Sequence record: SRR20825019_117
Reading direction: 5' to 3' (one strand)
DNA: 64,000 bases
This document shows, piece by piece, positions 19,497-29,805 of this stretch. The translations under genes were made by a program, and so were the position numbers. The first letter of the stretch is position 1. Each line of letters starts with the position of its first letter. Below the pieces are notes generated by a model that was given only the letters and a program-made list of their open reading frames with translations, did not search any database and was not told where the DNA came from.

Positions 19497-21369
19497 CAGG
19501 TTCCGCTCCCTGAACGGAGGGGGGCTCGCAGACGACGACCTGATTCCGCCCACGCCCCTTGGCCTCGTAGAGGGCCCCATCGGCCCAACTGAAGATGTCT
19601 TTGGTGGCATCCGCCTGGCTGGGACAGACGGCACACAAACCAATACTCACCGTCAGGTGCAAGACTTCATCCGACACCCGGAACCCGGTTTCCTCAATCC
19701 GGCTCCGGATTTTCTCGGCCACTCTCAGCGCCCCCTCTTTCGGGGTATCCGGCAACAGAACCACAAACTCTTCGCCGCCGTAGCGGGCAGCCAAATCCTG
19801 TGGGCGCGTGACATAGTCGCGGATACAGTTGGCCACCATCTGCAGGCAATCGTCGCCGACCAGATGACCATGTGTGTCGTTGAACTTCTTGAAATGATCG
19901 ATATCCAGAAGCAGCAGTGACAATGGCTGACTAAATCGATACGCCTTCACCACCGCCGAGCTGAAGGTACGGTCAAAGTGACCACGGTTCTTGAGCCCGG
20001 TGAGCGCGTCGGTGGCACTGAGTTCGCGCAACTGATCGTTGAGCGACTCGAGGTCCCGGGTGCGCTCCTGTACTCTCTGTTCAAGTAACGTATTGGCTTC
20101 CTGTTGAATACGAAGGGACTTTTCCTGAGCCATCCTGGCTTTGCGTTCTTCAAGCAACAGGCGCTGTTGGGCCTCGAAAGCACGCTTCTTTTCCCTGTTG
20201 AGCCGGTCTGCCAGCGCCATCGATAACAGAATGACGCCCATGGCGGATCCCACCTGGGTTGCGTTCTCCGTCAGCAGGTTGCGTGGCAACACGGTGAACT
20301 TGCTCAACGCCAGGACAATCCCTCCGAAAAGCATAAACACCCAGGCCAACGCGTAATACCTCGCTGCGGGGTCCTTTTTCAGCCAGCGCACAATGCTGAG
20401 CACCAGCATGGTCGTGCAGCCCAGGAAAGCAAGCAGAATGGTCGGCAGGATCAAGAGTCGATACGGAACCAGCAATCCCGCCGTTGCCATCACACCAGCC
20501 ATAACGACAATCCCCACCGTCAGTCTGTTGAGAAACGGGTGGTTGGCTGACGTCACATTGAGAAAGTGAAGGCTAAAGGTGCCGCCAAACAGCACGACCA
20601 GATTGAGGAACACGGTGATCGCCTGGTCATTCCACCAGGTAGCCTCCGGCCAGAGATACTGGAAAGCAACGCCATGCAGGCTCGCCAGGAACAGGGGCAT
20701 GGCCGAAATGTACCCCACATAATGCAGGAAGCTCCGCTCGCCAACCGCCATATACACAAACAAGTTGTAGAGGATCATCACCAGCACAATGCCGTAGTAA
20801 ATGCCCTCGAACAGGCTGCGGGCCTGCTCGGCCACGTAGAAAGCATCCTGATCCCAAAGGGTCAGGGGCACCTGCATGGAACTGGTGGTGTCCACTCGAA
20901 GATAGATGGAGAGCTCGTCGTCACGTGAAAGGGAGAGCGGGACAAGAAAATTGCGGTGGTAGATTGGGCGCTGGTAGAACGGCTGCTTATCACCCAATAA
21001 CTGTCGTTTTACAAGCTCGCCATCTTCGAGCAGATAGACCTCGATATGGTCCAACACCGGATACCCGATTTCCAGGAACAGGGGAGCCGTGGCGGCCCCT
21101 GGGTTGCGAACATTTACCCGGAACCAGTAAACCTCATCACCGTATCCCAGGCTAACGCTGTCTTTTCCGTTTGACTGCCACTCTCTTTCGGGAAGCTGTC
21201 TCACGGAATCCAGGGGGACGGCGCCGGCGGGTTCCTGCCAATACTCCACATACCTGAGAAGCTCCAACCGCTTGGCATAACTGTCCCAAACCGCCGGCTC
21301 CGCTGAAACCAGAGCAGGCAGCGCAAACAGCATAATGGCGAACAGAATCTGCGTCAGACCCTTTTGCAA
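19486..21369 (-). CDS. 7TM-DISM diguanylate cyclase
   Basis: Signal peptide, 7TMR-DISMED2-like domain (SLGY..VYWFR), seven TM helices, GGEEF with RPQD I-site. Confidence 0.93.
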   Translation of the reverse strand: MQKGLTQILFAIMLFALPALVSAEPAVWDSYAKRLELLRYVEYWQEPAGAVPLDSVRQLPEREWQSNGKDSVSLGYGDEVYWFRVNVRNPGAATAPLFLEIGYPVLDHIEVYLLEDGELVKRQLLGDKQPFYQRPIYHRNFLVPLSLSRDDELSIYLRVDTTSSMQVPLTLWDQDAFYVAEQARSLFEGIYYGIVLVMILYNLFVYMAVGERSFLHYVGYISAMPLFLASLHGVAFQYLWPEATWWNDQAITVFLNLVVLFGGTFSLHFLNVTSANHPFLNRLTVGIVVMAGVMATAGLLVPYRLLILPTILLAFLGCTTMLVLSIVRWLKKDPAARYYALAWVFMLFGGIVLALSKFTVLPRNLLTENATQVGSAMGVILLSMALADRLNREKKRAFEAQQRLLLEERKARMAQEKSLRIQQEANTLLEQRVQERTRDLESLNDQLRELSATDALTGLKNRGHFDRTFSSAVVKAYRFSQPLSLLLLDIDHFKKFNDTHGHLVGDDCLQMVANCIRDYVTRPQDLAARYGGEEFVVLLPDTPKEGALRVAEKIRSRIEETGFRVSDEVLHLTVSIGLCAVCPSQADATKDIFSWADGALYEAKGRGRNQVVVCEPPSVQGAEPVMT

Positions 21370-21675
21370 AGATATTCCCAGTTCAAGAGAGACAATAAAT
21401 TTGTTGTTTTTTCGCTACCAGCATAAACCAGAAACCGGCATTTCGCCGCAGGCGCCTTTAAAATGACTCAATCAGACAATAAAGCCTAACTAACTGCGGT
21501 ACTTCCGAACGCTGGTGAAGACCCATGTCCCACTCTTATGACTTCAAAGTGGACAGTATCGGGGCCGGGTGCCAGTATGAGAAAGTCGAAAAATGAAAAA
21601 TGCTGGCGCAAAGCGACCAAACGCCGCTCCTTGTCGTACACCTACTATCGTCCTCGAAACTGACAGCCAGAGACT

Positions 21676-23511
21676 ATGCACGATACGGACACCTTCGTGA
21701 CCTTTCACAAGGCACTGACGGAACTCAGCCACAGTCCGGCGTTTATCGACAAGAAGCGCCCGCAAAAACTCGCAGACCTGACGGCGCTCTGCGCGAGGCT
21801 GCTCAACGTTGACCGGGTCAGTGTCTGGCAGTTTCCGGAGGAGCGTGACCGCATTGAGTCCGAGTGGCTTCATACTACGGACGCTGCCACCGGTGACAAA
21901 TCCAGCCTGTACCAGTCCGGCAACCCGGAGTACTTCTCGGCCCTGGAAACCGAACGCGTGCTGTCTGTCCGGGACGCCCAGAACGATCCCCGCACCCGGG
22001 CATTCGCGCCGGGCTACCTTATACCCTTGAACATCCTATCGATGCTTGATGCACCGGTATTTGATGGTGCCCGGCTCAGTGGCGTCATTTGCCTCGAATC
22101 AACCCATCAACGGGACTGGACCCTGCCGGAAATATCCTTCGTTATCGCTATTGCCGATACCATCAGCCTGATCAATACCCACGAAGCCTGGCTCCACTCA
22201 CAACGCGCACTTGAATACGTTACCCGTTACGACTCACTGACCGGGCTATCAAACATCGAATCCCTGCGAGACCGTATCGGCCACCTCGCCGACAAAATAG
22301 AACGACGAGGGCTTGGTAGCCTGGCGCTGATATGGATTGACGTGGACCGCCTGAAATCCATCAACGATGGGCTTGGGCCTCAGGTGGGTGACAACGTTAT
22401 TGCCGAAGTCGGCCGCCGCCTGAAAAAGCTCTCTGTTCCAGGCAAGGATCTACTGGCCAGGATTGGAGGCGATGAGTACGCCCTCATGGTGCGCAACCAC
22501 ACCATGCGGGACTCTCTGGAACTGACCGCCTCGCGTATAAGGCAGGAAATCAACAGGCCCATCCGCCTCACTGGCCACTCCATCACCGTTGGCGCAAGCC
22601 TGGGCATCTGCCACTTGCCCGGAGACTGTCAAACCACCGAAGAGCTGTTGCGTGGCGCCGAAGCCGCCATGTACAACGCCAAGCAGCGGGGCCGGGACCA
22701 GGCGTGCTTCTTTGATTCGAGCATTCAGGTAACGGCCCGTTCGCGATTCGTTCTGGAAAACGAGTTGCGGGCCGCCATCAGCAACCACACCCTGGAAGTG
22801 TTCTATCAACCCATCATGAGCGCCGCCGGGATGAAACTGGAGTCGCTGGAAGCCCTGGTACGCTGGCAACACCCGCAACGGGGTTGGCTGTCACCCATTG
22901 AATTTCTGGGGATAGCCAGAAGCGGTGGCCTGATGTATGCGTTGGGGGAGTGCGTGCTTCGCCGCGTGTGCGAACACTGGCAACAGGCCCACAACCAGGG
23001 CATTACGCTGCCAGAGATTTCCGTCAACCTGGCGGCCGAGCAGGTATCGATACCGGAACTGCCCAGCCTGATCAGGGAAACCTGCCATGAATATGGCGTG
23101 CCGGCCAGCGCGTTGCATTTCGAGGTAACCGAGGATTCCATTCAAGGGGATTTCAATTCACTGAACAGTATCCTGGAAGAGCTGGTGGCCGACGGTGCAA
23201 GCCTGTCCATAGACGACTTCGGAACCGGCTATTCTTCACTGTCCCGCCTCAAGAGTCTGCCCTTCTCGCGGATCAAGATTGACCGTTCCTTCATCAGCCA
23301 ACTGCCAGACGACGAGGACGACTGCGCCATTACCCTCTCGATCATTGGCCTGGCTCGAGGGCTTGGGCTCTCGGTCGTCGCCGAGGGCGTCGAAACCGAA
23401 GCCCATGAACAATGGCTTTTCCAGCGGGGCTGTGATTACCTGCAGGGTTATCGATACAGCAGGCCTCTGCCCTTTGAAGCTCTGTTGGAACAGTATTTCA
23501 CTCCCTTCTAA
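21676..23511 (+). CDS. GAF-GGDEF-EAL c-di-GMP enzyme
   Basis: GAF (SMLDAPV), GGDEY, EALVRW, DDFGTGYSS, AEGVE. Confidence 0.93.
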   Translation: MHDTDTFVTFHKALTELSHSPAFIDKKRPQKLADLTALCARLLNVDRVSVWQFPEERDRIESEWLHTTDAATGDKSSLYQSGNPEYFSALETERVLSVRDAQNDPRTRAFAPGYLIPLNILSMLDAPVFDGARLSGVICLESTHQRDWTLPEISFVIAIADTISLINTHEAWLHSQRALEYVTRYDSLTGLSNIESLRDRIGHLADKIERRGLGSLALIWIDVDRLKSINDGLGPQVGDNVIAEVGRRLKKLSVPGKDLLARIGGDEYALMVRNHTMRDSLELTASRIRQEINRPIRLTGHSITVGASLGICHLPGDCQTTEELLRGAEAAMYNAKQRGRDQACFFDSSIQVTARSRFVLENELRAAISNHTLEVFYQPIMSAAGMKLESLEALVRWQHPQRGWLSPIEFLGIARSGGLMYALGECVLRRVCEHWQQAHNQGITLPEISVNLAAEQVSIPELPSLIRETCHEYGVPASALHFEVTEDSIQGDFNSLNSILEELVADGASLSIDDFGTGYSSLSRLKSLPFSRIKIDRSFISQLPDDEDDCAITLSIIGLARGLGLSVVAEGVETEAHEQWLFQRGCDYLQGYRYSRPLPFEALLEQYFTPF

Positions 23512-23643
23512 ATCACCAGTTGCTGTTCCTGATCGATAATATGAAACTTTTGTGACACCCGCCGTATCCTAGTGCATATAACAAAGAATCACGCTTTACT
23601 ACGCCTGAACGAAAGCTCTAGCTAGAAACAGGCCCCCTACGTT

Positions 23644-25269
23644 ATGAATTGGTATTCCCGAAGCATTCTCAATCGTGTGCTGAGCGTTGTCATTGCCGCA
23701 AACTTGGTCGTCATACTGGTTGCCGGCTACTACTTCAACTACTCCCTCCAGGCTAAGAACGACTATCACCGGCTGGCCAGCCAACAAATGGTCAGGGCAC
23801 TGGAGGCGCAGGACATCCTCAGTGATTTCAAGACCCAGGTCCAGGAATGGAAAAACGTATTGATTCGCGGCTCGGATGCCGGTCAGCGTAAAAAGTACTG
23901 GACCCAGTTCCAGGAACAGGAAGCCCTCATCCAGAAAAAGCTGGATAGTCTTATCCCAAGGCTGGAAGATGATCAGGCCCGCGCACTGATGAGTCAGTTC
24001 CAGCGCTCCCACCAGAAGATGGGTGAAGCTTACCGGACCGGGTTCGCCGACTTTGTGGCATCAGGCTACCAGCACGGCGAAGGCGATCGGGCCGTCAGCG
24101 GCATCGATCGGGAACCATCAAGGCTGATTGAAGAAGCTTCCGCACTCATTCGTAAACAGGGTGTGGCCGAGGCCGCGGCCCTGAACGACTCCGTCACCAC
24201 GAGCACCTGGCGCGTCGGTGGCCTGATGCTACTCGCAGTGTTTCTGGGAACGATCGCTTGCGTCATTGTCCTGGTTCGTTCCGTCGTCCGACCGACGCAA
24301 ACACTGATTGGCCAAATGCACAAACTGGGGGAAGGTGACCTGTCTGATCCCGCGACTCTAATCCGTCAGGATGAATTGGGTCGACTGGCTGATAGCGCCC
24401 GCAAGCTACACGGCTTTCTCTCAGAAACCGGCGAATTGATGGAAGAAAATGCTCGCGAACTCGAACTCACGGGCTCAATGATCCGGGACAATGCCGGCAA
24501 AGTCTCATCCCAATCCGAACTTGCCCATCAACGGATTGACCAGATCGCAACGGCCATGAACGAGATGTCGGCAACCGCTCAGGATGTCGCACAACACGCC
24601 GCGGCAGTTGCGAACCAAGTGCAGGAAACATCCGGCCAGACGGGCGAAGCTGACAAGCAGATCCACGCCGCAGTGGACAGCATGAATCGACTCGCTGACC
24701 AGATTCAGACCTCGTCGCGAACCGTCAATCAGCTCACTTCCGACGGCAAGAAGGTTGGCGACGTAATGAAAGTCATCCGCGAAATCGCGGACCAGACCAA
24801 CCTGCTGGCACTAAACGCCGCCATAGAGGCAGCCCGCGCTGGAGAGGCGGGCCGAGGGTTCGCCGTAGTCGCGGACGAAGTCAGGAATCTGGCAGCCAAG
24901 ACCCAGGAAGCCACCGTGGAGATCGACCGAATCATCGACACCATAGCCACCGGGTCCAGAGACGCCTCTGAATATATGCAGGCAAGCGAGATTGTCACTC
25001 AGGAGAGCGGGCAGTCGGTGGAGGCGGTCAGGCAGACATTGGGCGAGATCAATCGCCGCATGGGCAGCGTGAATGACGCAACCACTCAAGTGGCAACGGC
25101 AGCCGAAGAGCAAACCAGCGTCAGCGAGGAAATTAATCGTAACGTGACCGAAGTTGCAGAGATATCCGAAACGATGAACCGCGCTGCAGAGGAAAACCTC
25201 ACCATGGTTCCAAAGCTTGAAAGCATGGCGAAGGCGGCACGGGACTTATCAAGCCGCATTCGACGCTAA
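23644..25269 (+). CDS. Methyl-accepting chemotaxis protein
   Basis: Two TM helices, HAMP and [34 protein letters not shown]. Confidence 0.96.
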   Translation: MNWYSRSILNRVLSVVIAANLVVILVAGYYFNYSLQAKNDYHRLASQQMVRALEAQDILSDFKTQVQEWKNVLIRGSDAGQRKKYWTQFQEQEALIQKKLDSLIPRLEDDQARALMSQFQRSHQKMGEAYRTGFADFVASGYQHGEGDRAVSGIDREPSRLIEEASALIRKQGVAEAAALNDSVTTSTWRVGGLMLLAVFLGTIACVIVLVRSVVRPTQTLIGQMHKLGEGDLSDPATLIRQDELGRLADSARKLHGFLSETGELMEENARELELTGSMIRDNAGKVSSQSELAHQRIDQIATAMNEMSATAQDVAQHAAAVANQVQETSGQTGEADKQIHAAVDSMNRLADQIQTSSRTVNQLTSDGKKVGDVMKVIREIADQTNLLALNAAIEAARAGEAGRGFAVVADEVRNLAAKTQEATVEIDRIIDTIATGSRDASEYMQASEIVTQESGQSVEAVRQTLGEINRRMGSVNDATTQVATAAEEQTSVSEEINRNVTEVAEISETMNRAAEENLTMVPKLESMAKAARDLSSRIRR

Positions 25270-25318
25270 TCTCCCTCCACCCGGCCCACCCGGCCAACGC
25301 GGTTTGTAAACCACACCG

Positions 25319-28300
25319 CTATCGGTTTACAAACCCACGTACCCGTTGGCCGGTCTTGTCACCCAAAACCAGCAGCGCCGGGGTCAGCAACAGCGTGAGC
25401 ACCGTTGCAAACGCCAACCCGCCGGCAATAGCACTGGATAGCTGGGTCCACCACTGCGTGGACGGAGCACCGATGCCCAAAGACGGGGTCAGGAGATCCA
25501 CATTTACCCCGAGCACCATTGGCATCAGCCCGAGTATGGTGGTGATGGCCGTCAGCAATACCGGTCGCAGGCGCAGGCATCCGGTCTCCAATGCGGCCTC
25601 GAATGCCGCCATACCGCTTTTTCGCATCTGGTTGTAGGTGTCGATCAGAATGATGTTGTTGTTCACCACGATGCCCGCCAGGGCAATGATGCCCATGCCC
25701 ACCATTACGATTCCGAACGACTGCCCGTTAAGCAGCAGGCCAAGCAATACGCCCGCTGTGGAAAGCACAATGGCCGATAGAATGAGCATGGTCTGGTAGA
25801 GCGAATTGAACTGGGTCACCAGGATCAACAGCATCAGGGCAATCGCGACCAGAAACGCCGATGCCAGGAAATTCGAGGCTTGTTCCTGGTCCTCATTCTC
25901 GCCGGCAAATCGGACGGAAACACCCTCGGGCGTTTCAGGCATTTGCTGCTGCAACTCCATCAGCAGTTCGTCCGCACGGCGACCCGGCTCTATCTCGGAC
26001 TTGATCGTAATGGTGCGCTGTCCGTCAACACGGGTAATGCTGCCAGTCTTGTCTCCGGGAGCCAGCTCAACAAACTCTGAGAGCGGCACCTGCCCGCGGC
26101 TGGTGTTAATCGTCTGGCGCTGGAACTGGTCCAGCTCCCGCCAATTATTAGGCACTCTCACGGCGATATCGACTTCGTCCCGCACGTCCTCAGGCCGATA
26201 GGTAGCAAGCACCAGGCCGTTGGTAATCAGTCGCACCGCACTGCCCACACTGAGCACGTCTGAGCCAAATCGGGCAGCGGCTGAGCGGTCGACGTTCAGG
26301 CGCCATTCGATGCCCGGAAGGCTGCGGTCGTCTTCGACATCCACAAAGCCATCGATGCCAGACATCCGTTCCCGGATAAGAGCCACGTGCCGCTCCAGTT
26401 GGTCGCTATTCATACTGCTGACCATAAGTTCAATGGGCTTGCCGTCCGCTGGACCGCCTTCCTGCTTACGAAACTCCAGTTCAATGCCGGGAATGTCCGC
26501 AGTTAGTGAACGGAAATCTTCCAGTATCTGTGTCGCTGGCCGGCGCTCAAACCAGTCCGTGAACTGGAACTGCAGCACACCGATGACGTCTGGCGCCATC
26601 TGGTTTCCGGGGCTGACCATTGAGCGGGCATAGAGGGCTTTCACCTCCGGCATTCCCTGTAAACGCTGCTCGACCTGCCGAACGATGGCATCGCGCTCCT
26701 GCACCGACAGATCCCCTCTGGCCCTGACATGTACCTGCGCTGAATCCGGCTCCACGCTCGGGAAAAATTCAACACCATGGTTGAACTTGCCATAAGCCGC
26801 ATAGATGACCACAACGACGCCAAGCACTCCAAGAAGTGTAAAACCGGGCTTTGCCAATAGTCGCCCGAGAACGCCACGGTAGACGTCCGTCATCCGACCA
26901 CTGATCGCAGACTGGGGACGGCGTTTTCCTCCGCTGATGCTGCCAAGGACCGGCAAAAATACGAGAGCCATGGCCAACGAGGCGGCCAGACAGATGATAA
27001 CGGTGGTGGGCAAAAAGCTCATGAACTCGCCGACCACGCCTGGCCAGAACAACAGGGGGATGAATACCGCCAGCGTGGTGGCGGTTGACGCGATGATGGG
27101 CCAGGCCATGCGGCTGGCCGCCTCGCCCCATGCAGACTTTACGTTCTGGCCCTCGGAGAGGTTCCTGTCGGCAAGCTCCGATACCACGATGGCCCCATCC
27201 ACCAGCATGCCAGCCACCAGTATGAGGCTGAACAGAACCACAATATTAAGGGTAAAACCCATTCCCCAGATCACCAGGATACCGGTCAGGAACGCACCGG
27301 GAATGGTAAGCCCCACCAAAAGCGCAGAACGGGGACCCATGGTGGCAATGATCAGGACGATCACCAGCACGATGGCCGTCAGCACATTGTTGAGCAGATC
27401 ACTAAGGATGTCCCGGACTTCACCAGACTGGTCCATGATGTAGCGAACCTCGAGCTCGTCGGGCAGTTGCGGCCCGGCACGTTCAATCAGCGCCTTCACC
27501 TTTTCCACGGTTTCGATGATATTGGCACCGGTCCTCTTGGAGATTTCCAGCACCAGCGCCGGCTCACCGTTGATCCTGGCGAACCCTCGCGGGTCTTTGA
27601 AGGTTCGCTGAAGCATAGCCACGTCGCCAAAGGTCACGACGGTGTCGCCGCCTACCTTGACCGGCATGGCCATAACATCCTCCACGGATTCAATAACGCC
27701 CGGAACCTTCATGGTCATGCGACCGGCACCGGTATCCAGGCTTCCGGCAGCAACCAATTGATTGTTGCGAGTGACCAACGTCGCCAACTGATCAAAGTCG
27801 ACGCCATAGCTTTCAAGCACCTGGGGATCGACAACGATCTCCAGGAGGTCTTCCCTGTCACCACCAATGTCCACTTCCAGCACTTCCGGAATGCCTTCGA
27901 TGGCATCCTGCAAACGCCGGGCAATAGTGACCAGCTCGCGTTCGGAAAGAGGCCCGGAGAGGCCAACCGACATGACCGGAAACAGCGCCACGTTAATTTC
28001 ATTGACCCTTGGTTCGTCAGCTTCCTGAGGCAGCTTGCTGCGGGCGGTATCAACCTTTTCCCTCACATCCTGAAGCGCGATGTCCGGATCAAACCCGGCG
28101 TCGAATTCCAGCATCACCGAGGCGTGACCCTCGGAAGCCGTACCACGCATTTCCTTGACGCCCTCGAGGGAACGCAATTCCTGCTCCATGGGCCGGATAA
28201 GCAAGCGCTCACCGTCTTCCGGGCTGATTCCCTCCAGTGTCATTGACACATAGATCATGGGAATGGTGATGTCCGGGTTCGCTTCTTTGGGGATGGTCTG

Positions 28301-28390
28301 AAAAGCCGCAACACCACCCAGGATCAGGAAAGCCAGTGTCAGCAGTGTGGTCCGGCTGCGGTCGAGAGCGGCGAAAATCAAGGTTCGCAT
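25319..28390 (-). CDS. RND efflux transporter permease
   Basis: 1023 aa; GMLVDGAIVV, GIVVNNNIILID, RLRPVLLT. Confidence 0.95.
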   Translation of the reverse strand: MRTLIFAALDRSRTTLLTLAFLILGGVAAFQTIPKEANPDITIPMIYVSMTLEGISPEDGERLLIRPMEQELRSLEGVKEMRGTASEGHASVMLEFDAGFDPDIALQDVREKVDTARSKLPQEADEPRVNEINVALFPVMSVGLSGPLSERELVTIARRLQDAIEGIPEVLEVDIGGDREDLLEIVVDPQVLESYGVDFDQLATLVTRNNQLVAAGSLDTGAGRMTMKVPGVIESVEDVMAMPVKVGGDTVVTFGDVAMLQRTFKDPRGFARINGEPALVLEISKRTGANIIETVEKVKALIERAGPQLPDELEVRYIMDQSGEVRDILSDLLNNVLTAIVLVIVLIIATMGPRSALLVGLTIPGAFLTGILVIWGMGFTLNIVVLFSLILVAGMLVDGAIVVSELADRNLSEGQNVKSAWGEAASRMAWPIIASTATTLAVFIPLLFWPGVVGEFMSFLPTTVIICLAASLAMALVFLPVLGSISGGKRRPQSAISGRMTDVYRGVLGRLLAKPGFTLLGVLGVVVVIYAAYGKFNHGVEFFPSVEPDSAQVHVRARGDLSVQERDAIVRQVEQRLQGMPEVKALYARSMVSPGNQMAPDVIGVLQFQFTDWFERRPATQILEDFRSLTADIPGIELEFRKQEGGPADGKPIELMVSSMNSDQLERHVALIRERMSGIDGFVDVEDDRSLPGIEWRLNVDRSAAARFGSDVLSVGSAVRLITNGLVLATYRPEDVRDEVDIAVRVPNNWRELDQFQRQTINTSRGQVPLSEFVELAPGDKTGSITRVDGQRTITIKSEIEPGRRADELLMELQQQMPETPEGVSVRFAGENEDQEQASNFLASAFLVAIALMLLILVTQFNSLYQTMLILSAIVLSTAGVLLGLLLNGQSFGIVMVGMGIIALAGIVVNNNIILIDTYNQMRKSGMAAFEAALETGCLRLRPVLLTAITTILGLMPMVLGVNVDLLTPSLGIGAPSTQWWTQLSSAIAGGLAFATVLTLLLTPALLVLGDKTGQRVRGFVNR

Positions 28391-28395
28391 ATCGG

Positions 28396-29478
28396 TTAGC
28401 CCCGGTCCGAATCACGATCAACCGGGCGTACCTGCTGCCCGATGGATACAAAACCCGCGCCCCGGGTAATCAACCGGATTTCATCCGGCAGGCCAGTGAC
28501 CCAGGCGCCATCCGTGGTGACGTTCAGGAGTTTGACCGTGGTAAACACCACTTCGTTATTGTCGCCCACATAGCGAACACCGGGCCGGCCATCATCCCCA
28601 AGACTGAGATAGGCCGGCGAAATGAACATCGCCTCCACTTCCGGCAGCGCAATGCGCAGCGTGGCACTACCGCCGGCAACCCGCTTACGTTCCGGGTTGT
28701 CTATGGACACCTCCACCGGGAAGCTACGGGTGTCCGGGTCTGCGGCACTGGCCACGAAATTCACCACGCCTTCCAGGCTGTCGCCATCCAACGTGCGAAT
28801 GGTTACGGCCTGCCCTTCTTCGACGGCGCTCACTGACTGCTGCGGGATTTGCCCCGTCGCTTTCAGCCGATCAACGCGCACCAGCTCCAACAGTGGTGAC
28901 CCGACCTGGACCAGATCACCAAGGTCGACATCCCGTCGATTCACCGTTCCATCAAAAGGCGCTCGTGGCTCCAGGTTGTCAACAGCAAGACGTGCCTGAG
29001 TGAGCTCAGCTCTTGCCGCAGACAGATCACTTTGCAGGGTCAACACTTCGGATTCGGAGGTGAGATTCCGGGATCGGAGCTTCTGGGCAGCCGATAAATC
29101 GGCTTCCAATTTGCGAATGCGGGACTGCCATTGTTCTACCGAGGTACGTCGCCCATCCTCGGAGAGTCGAAGCAGGACATCCCCCGCCTCAACCTGGTCA
29201 CCCTGCTCCACCATCAGCTCTTCTACCGTGCCGGCTACCCGAGCGCCAACTGACACGGTTCGCCAGGGCTCCAACTGCCCCTGCAGCATTAACCCGGGCT
29301 CGTAAAGCCTTGTACGCAACACATCCACCTGGACGGAGGGCGCGCTGACCGACTCCTCAGGTGTGTCCTCTGGCGCCTCGTCCCGCGCTTCCTTGACGTC
29401 ACCGGTTGCCATCCATACCACCAATAAAGCCAGTACCAGAAAGGACAATCCGATAGATCCCAGTTTTGCTTTGGTCAT
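28396..29478 (-). CDS. RND periplasmic adaptor (membrane fusion protein)
   Basis: N-terminal TM, lipoyl-like halves (VEQGDQVEAGD, RAPFDG), ADPDTRSF. Confidence 0.93.
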   Translation of the reverse strand: MTKAKLGSIGLSFLVLALLVVWMATGDVKEARDEAPEDTPEESVSAPSVQVDVLRTRLYEPGLMLQGQLEPWRTVSVGARVAGTVEELMVEQGDQVEAGDVLLRLSEDGRRTSVEQWQSRIRKLEADLSAAQKLRSRNLTSESEVLTLQSDLSAARAELTQARLAVDNLEPRAPFDGTVNRRDVDLGDLVQVGSPLLELVRVDRLKATGQIPQQSVSAVEEGQAVTIRTLDGDSLEGVVNFVASAADPDTRSFPVEVSIDNPERKRVAGGSATLRIALPEVEAMFISPAYLSLGDDGRPGVRYVGDNNEVVFTTVKLLNVTTDGAWVTGLPDEIRLITRGAGFVSIGQQVRPVDRDSDRG

Positions 29479-29553
29479 TGATCGCTCGCAGTTAAATTCG
29501 GGTGATGTCGGTTTACAGTCCAGGCAGTCGTTTTAGAAACTGTCAGAAAACGG

Positions 29554-29583
29554 TTGCATCCGGTTGTTTTCGTGGGGTAGATT
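29554..29583 (+). promoter_or_regulatory. Candidate sigma70 promoter of the ilv leader
   Basis: TTGCAT-N18-TAGATT about 45 nt upstream of the leader ATG. Confidence 0.5.
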
Positions 29584-29626
29584 CTACACATAAACTTCTC
29601 TCAGATTCAGAGCAGATACTGATTTT

Positions 29627-29719
29627 ATGAATCTCAACGCAGTGGTTGTCCTTGTGAAGCTAGTCCTGGTGGTCGTGGTACCGTCCGGGTGCTTCTGCGT
29701 GGACAAGCGGGTGAGATAG
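29627..29719 (+). CDS. ilv attenuator leader peptide MNLNAVVVLVKLVLVVVVPSGCFCVDKRVR
   Basis: 11 Val and 4 Leu codons (one rare CTA) in 30 codons, directly before a terminator and ilvG. Confidence 0.88.
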   Translation: MNLNAVVVLVKLVLVVVVPSGCFCVDKRVR

Positions 29720-29741
29720 AAACAGACTCGACAAACACACG

Positions 29742-29780
29742 AAAGCCCCCGGCACCGAAAGGTCCCGGGGGCTTTTTTTT
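29742..29780 (+). terminator. Attenuator terminator of the ilvGM leader
   Basis: AAAGCCCCCGG-cACCGAAAGGTc-CCGGGGGCTTT with an 8-nt U run. Confidence 0.92.
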
Positions 29781-29805
29781 GCATCAGGAAAAAGGAATAA
29801 CAACC

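Noticed and set aside
23505-23545. Sigma28 promoter for the MCP (TAAA...ATCGATAA)
   Set aside because: Spacing to TAAA is 19 nt rather than about 15 and the -10 is imperfect.
29689-29805. N-terminal extension of ilvG in the ORF track
   Set aside because: It runs through the attenuator terminator; RBS and homology favour ATG 29806. Similar over-extensions were trimmed for other genes (e.g. 5391, 36866, 41007, 44880, 55271, 62539).
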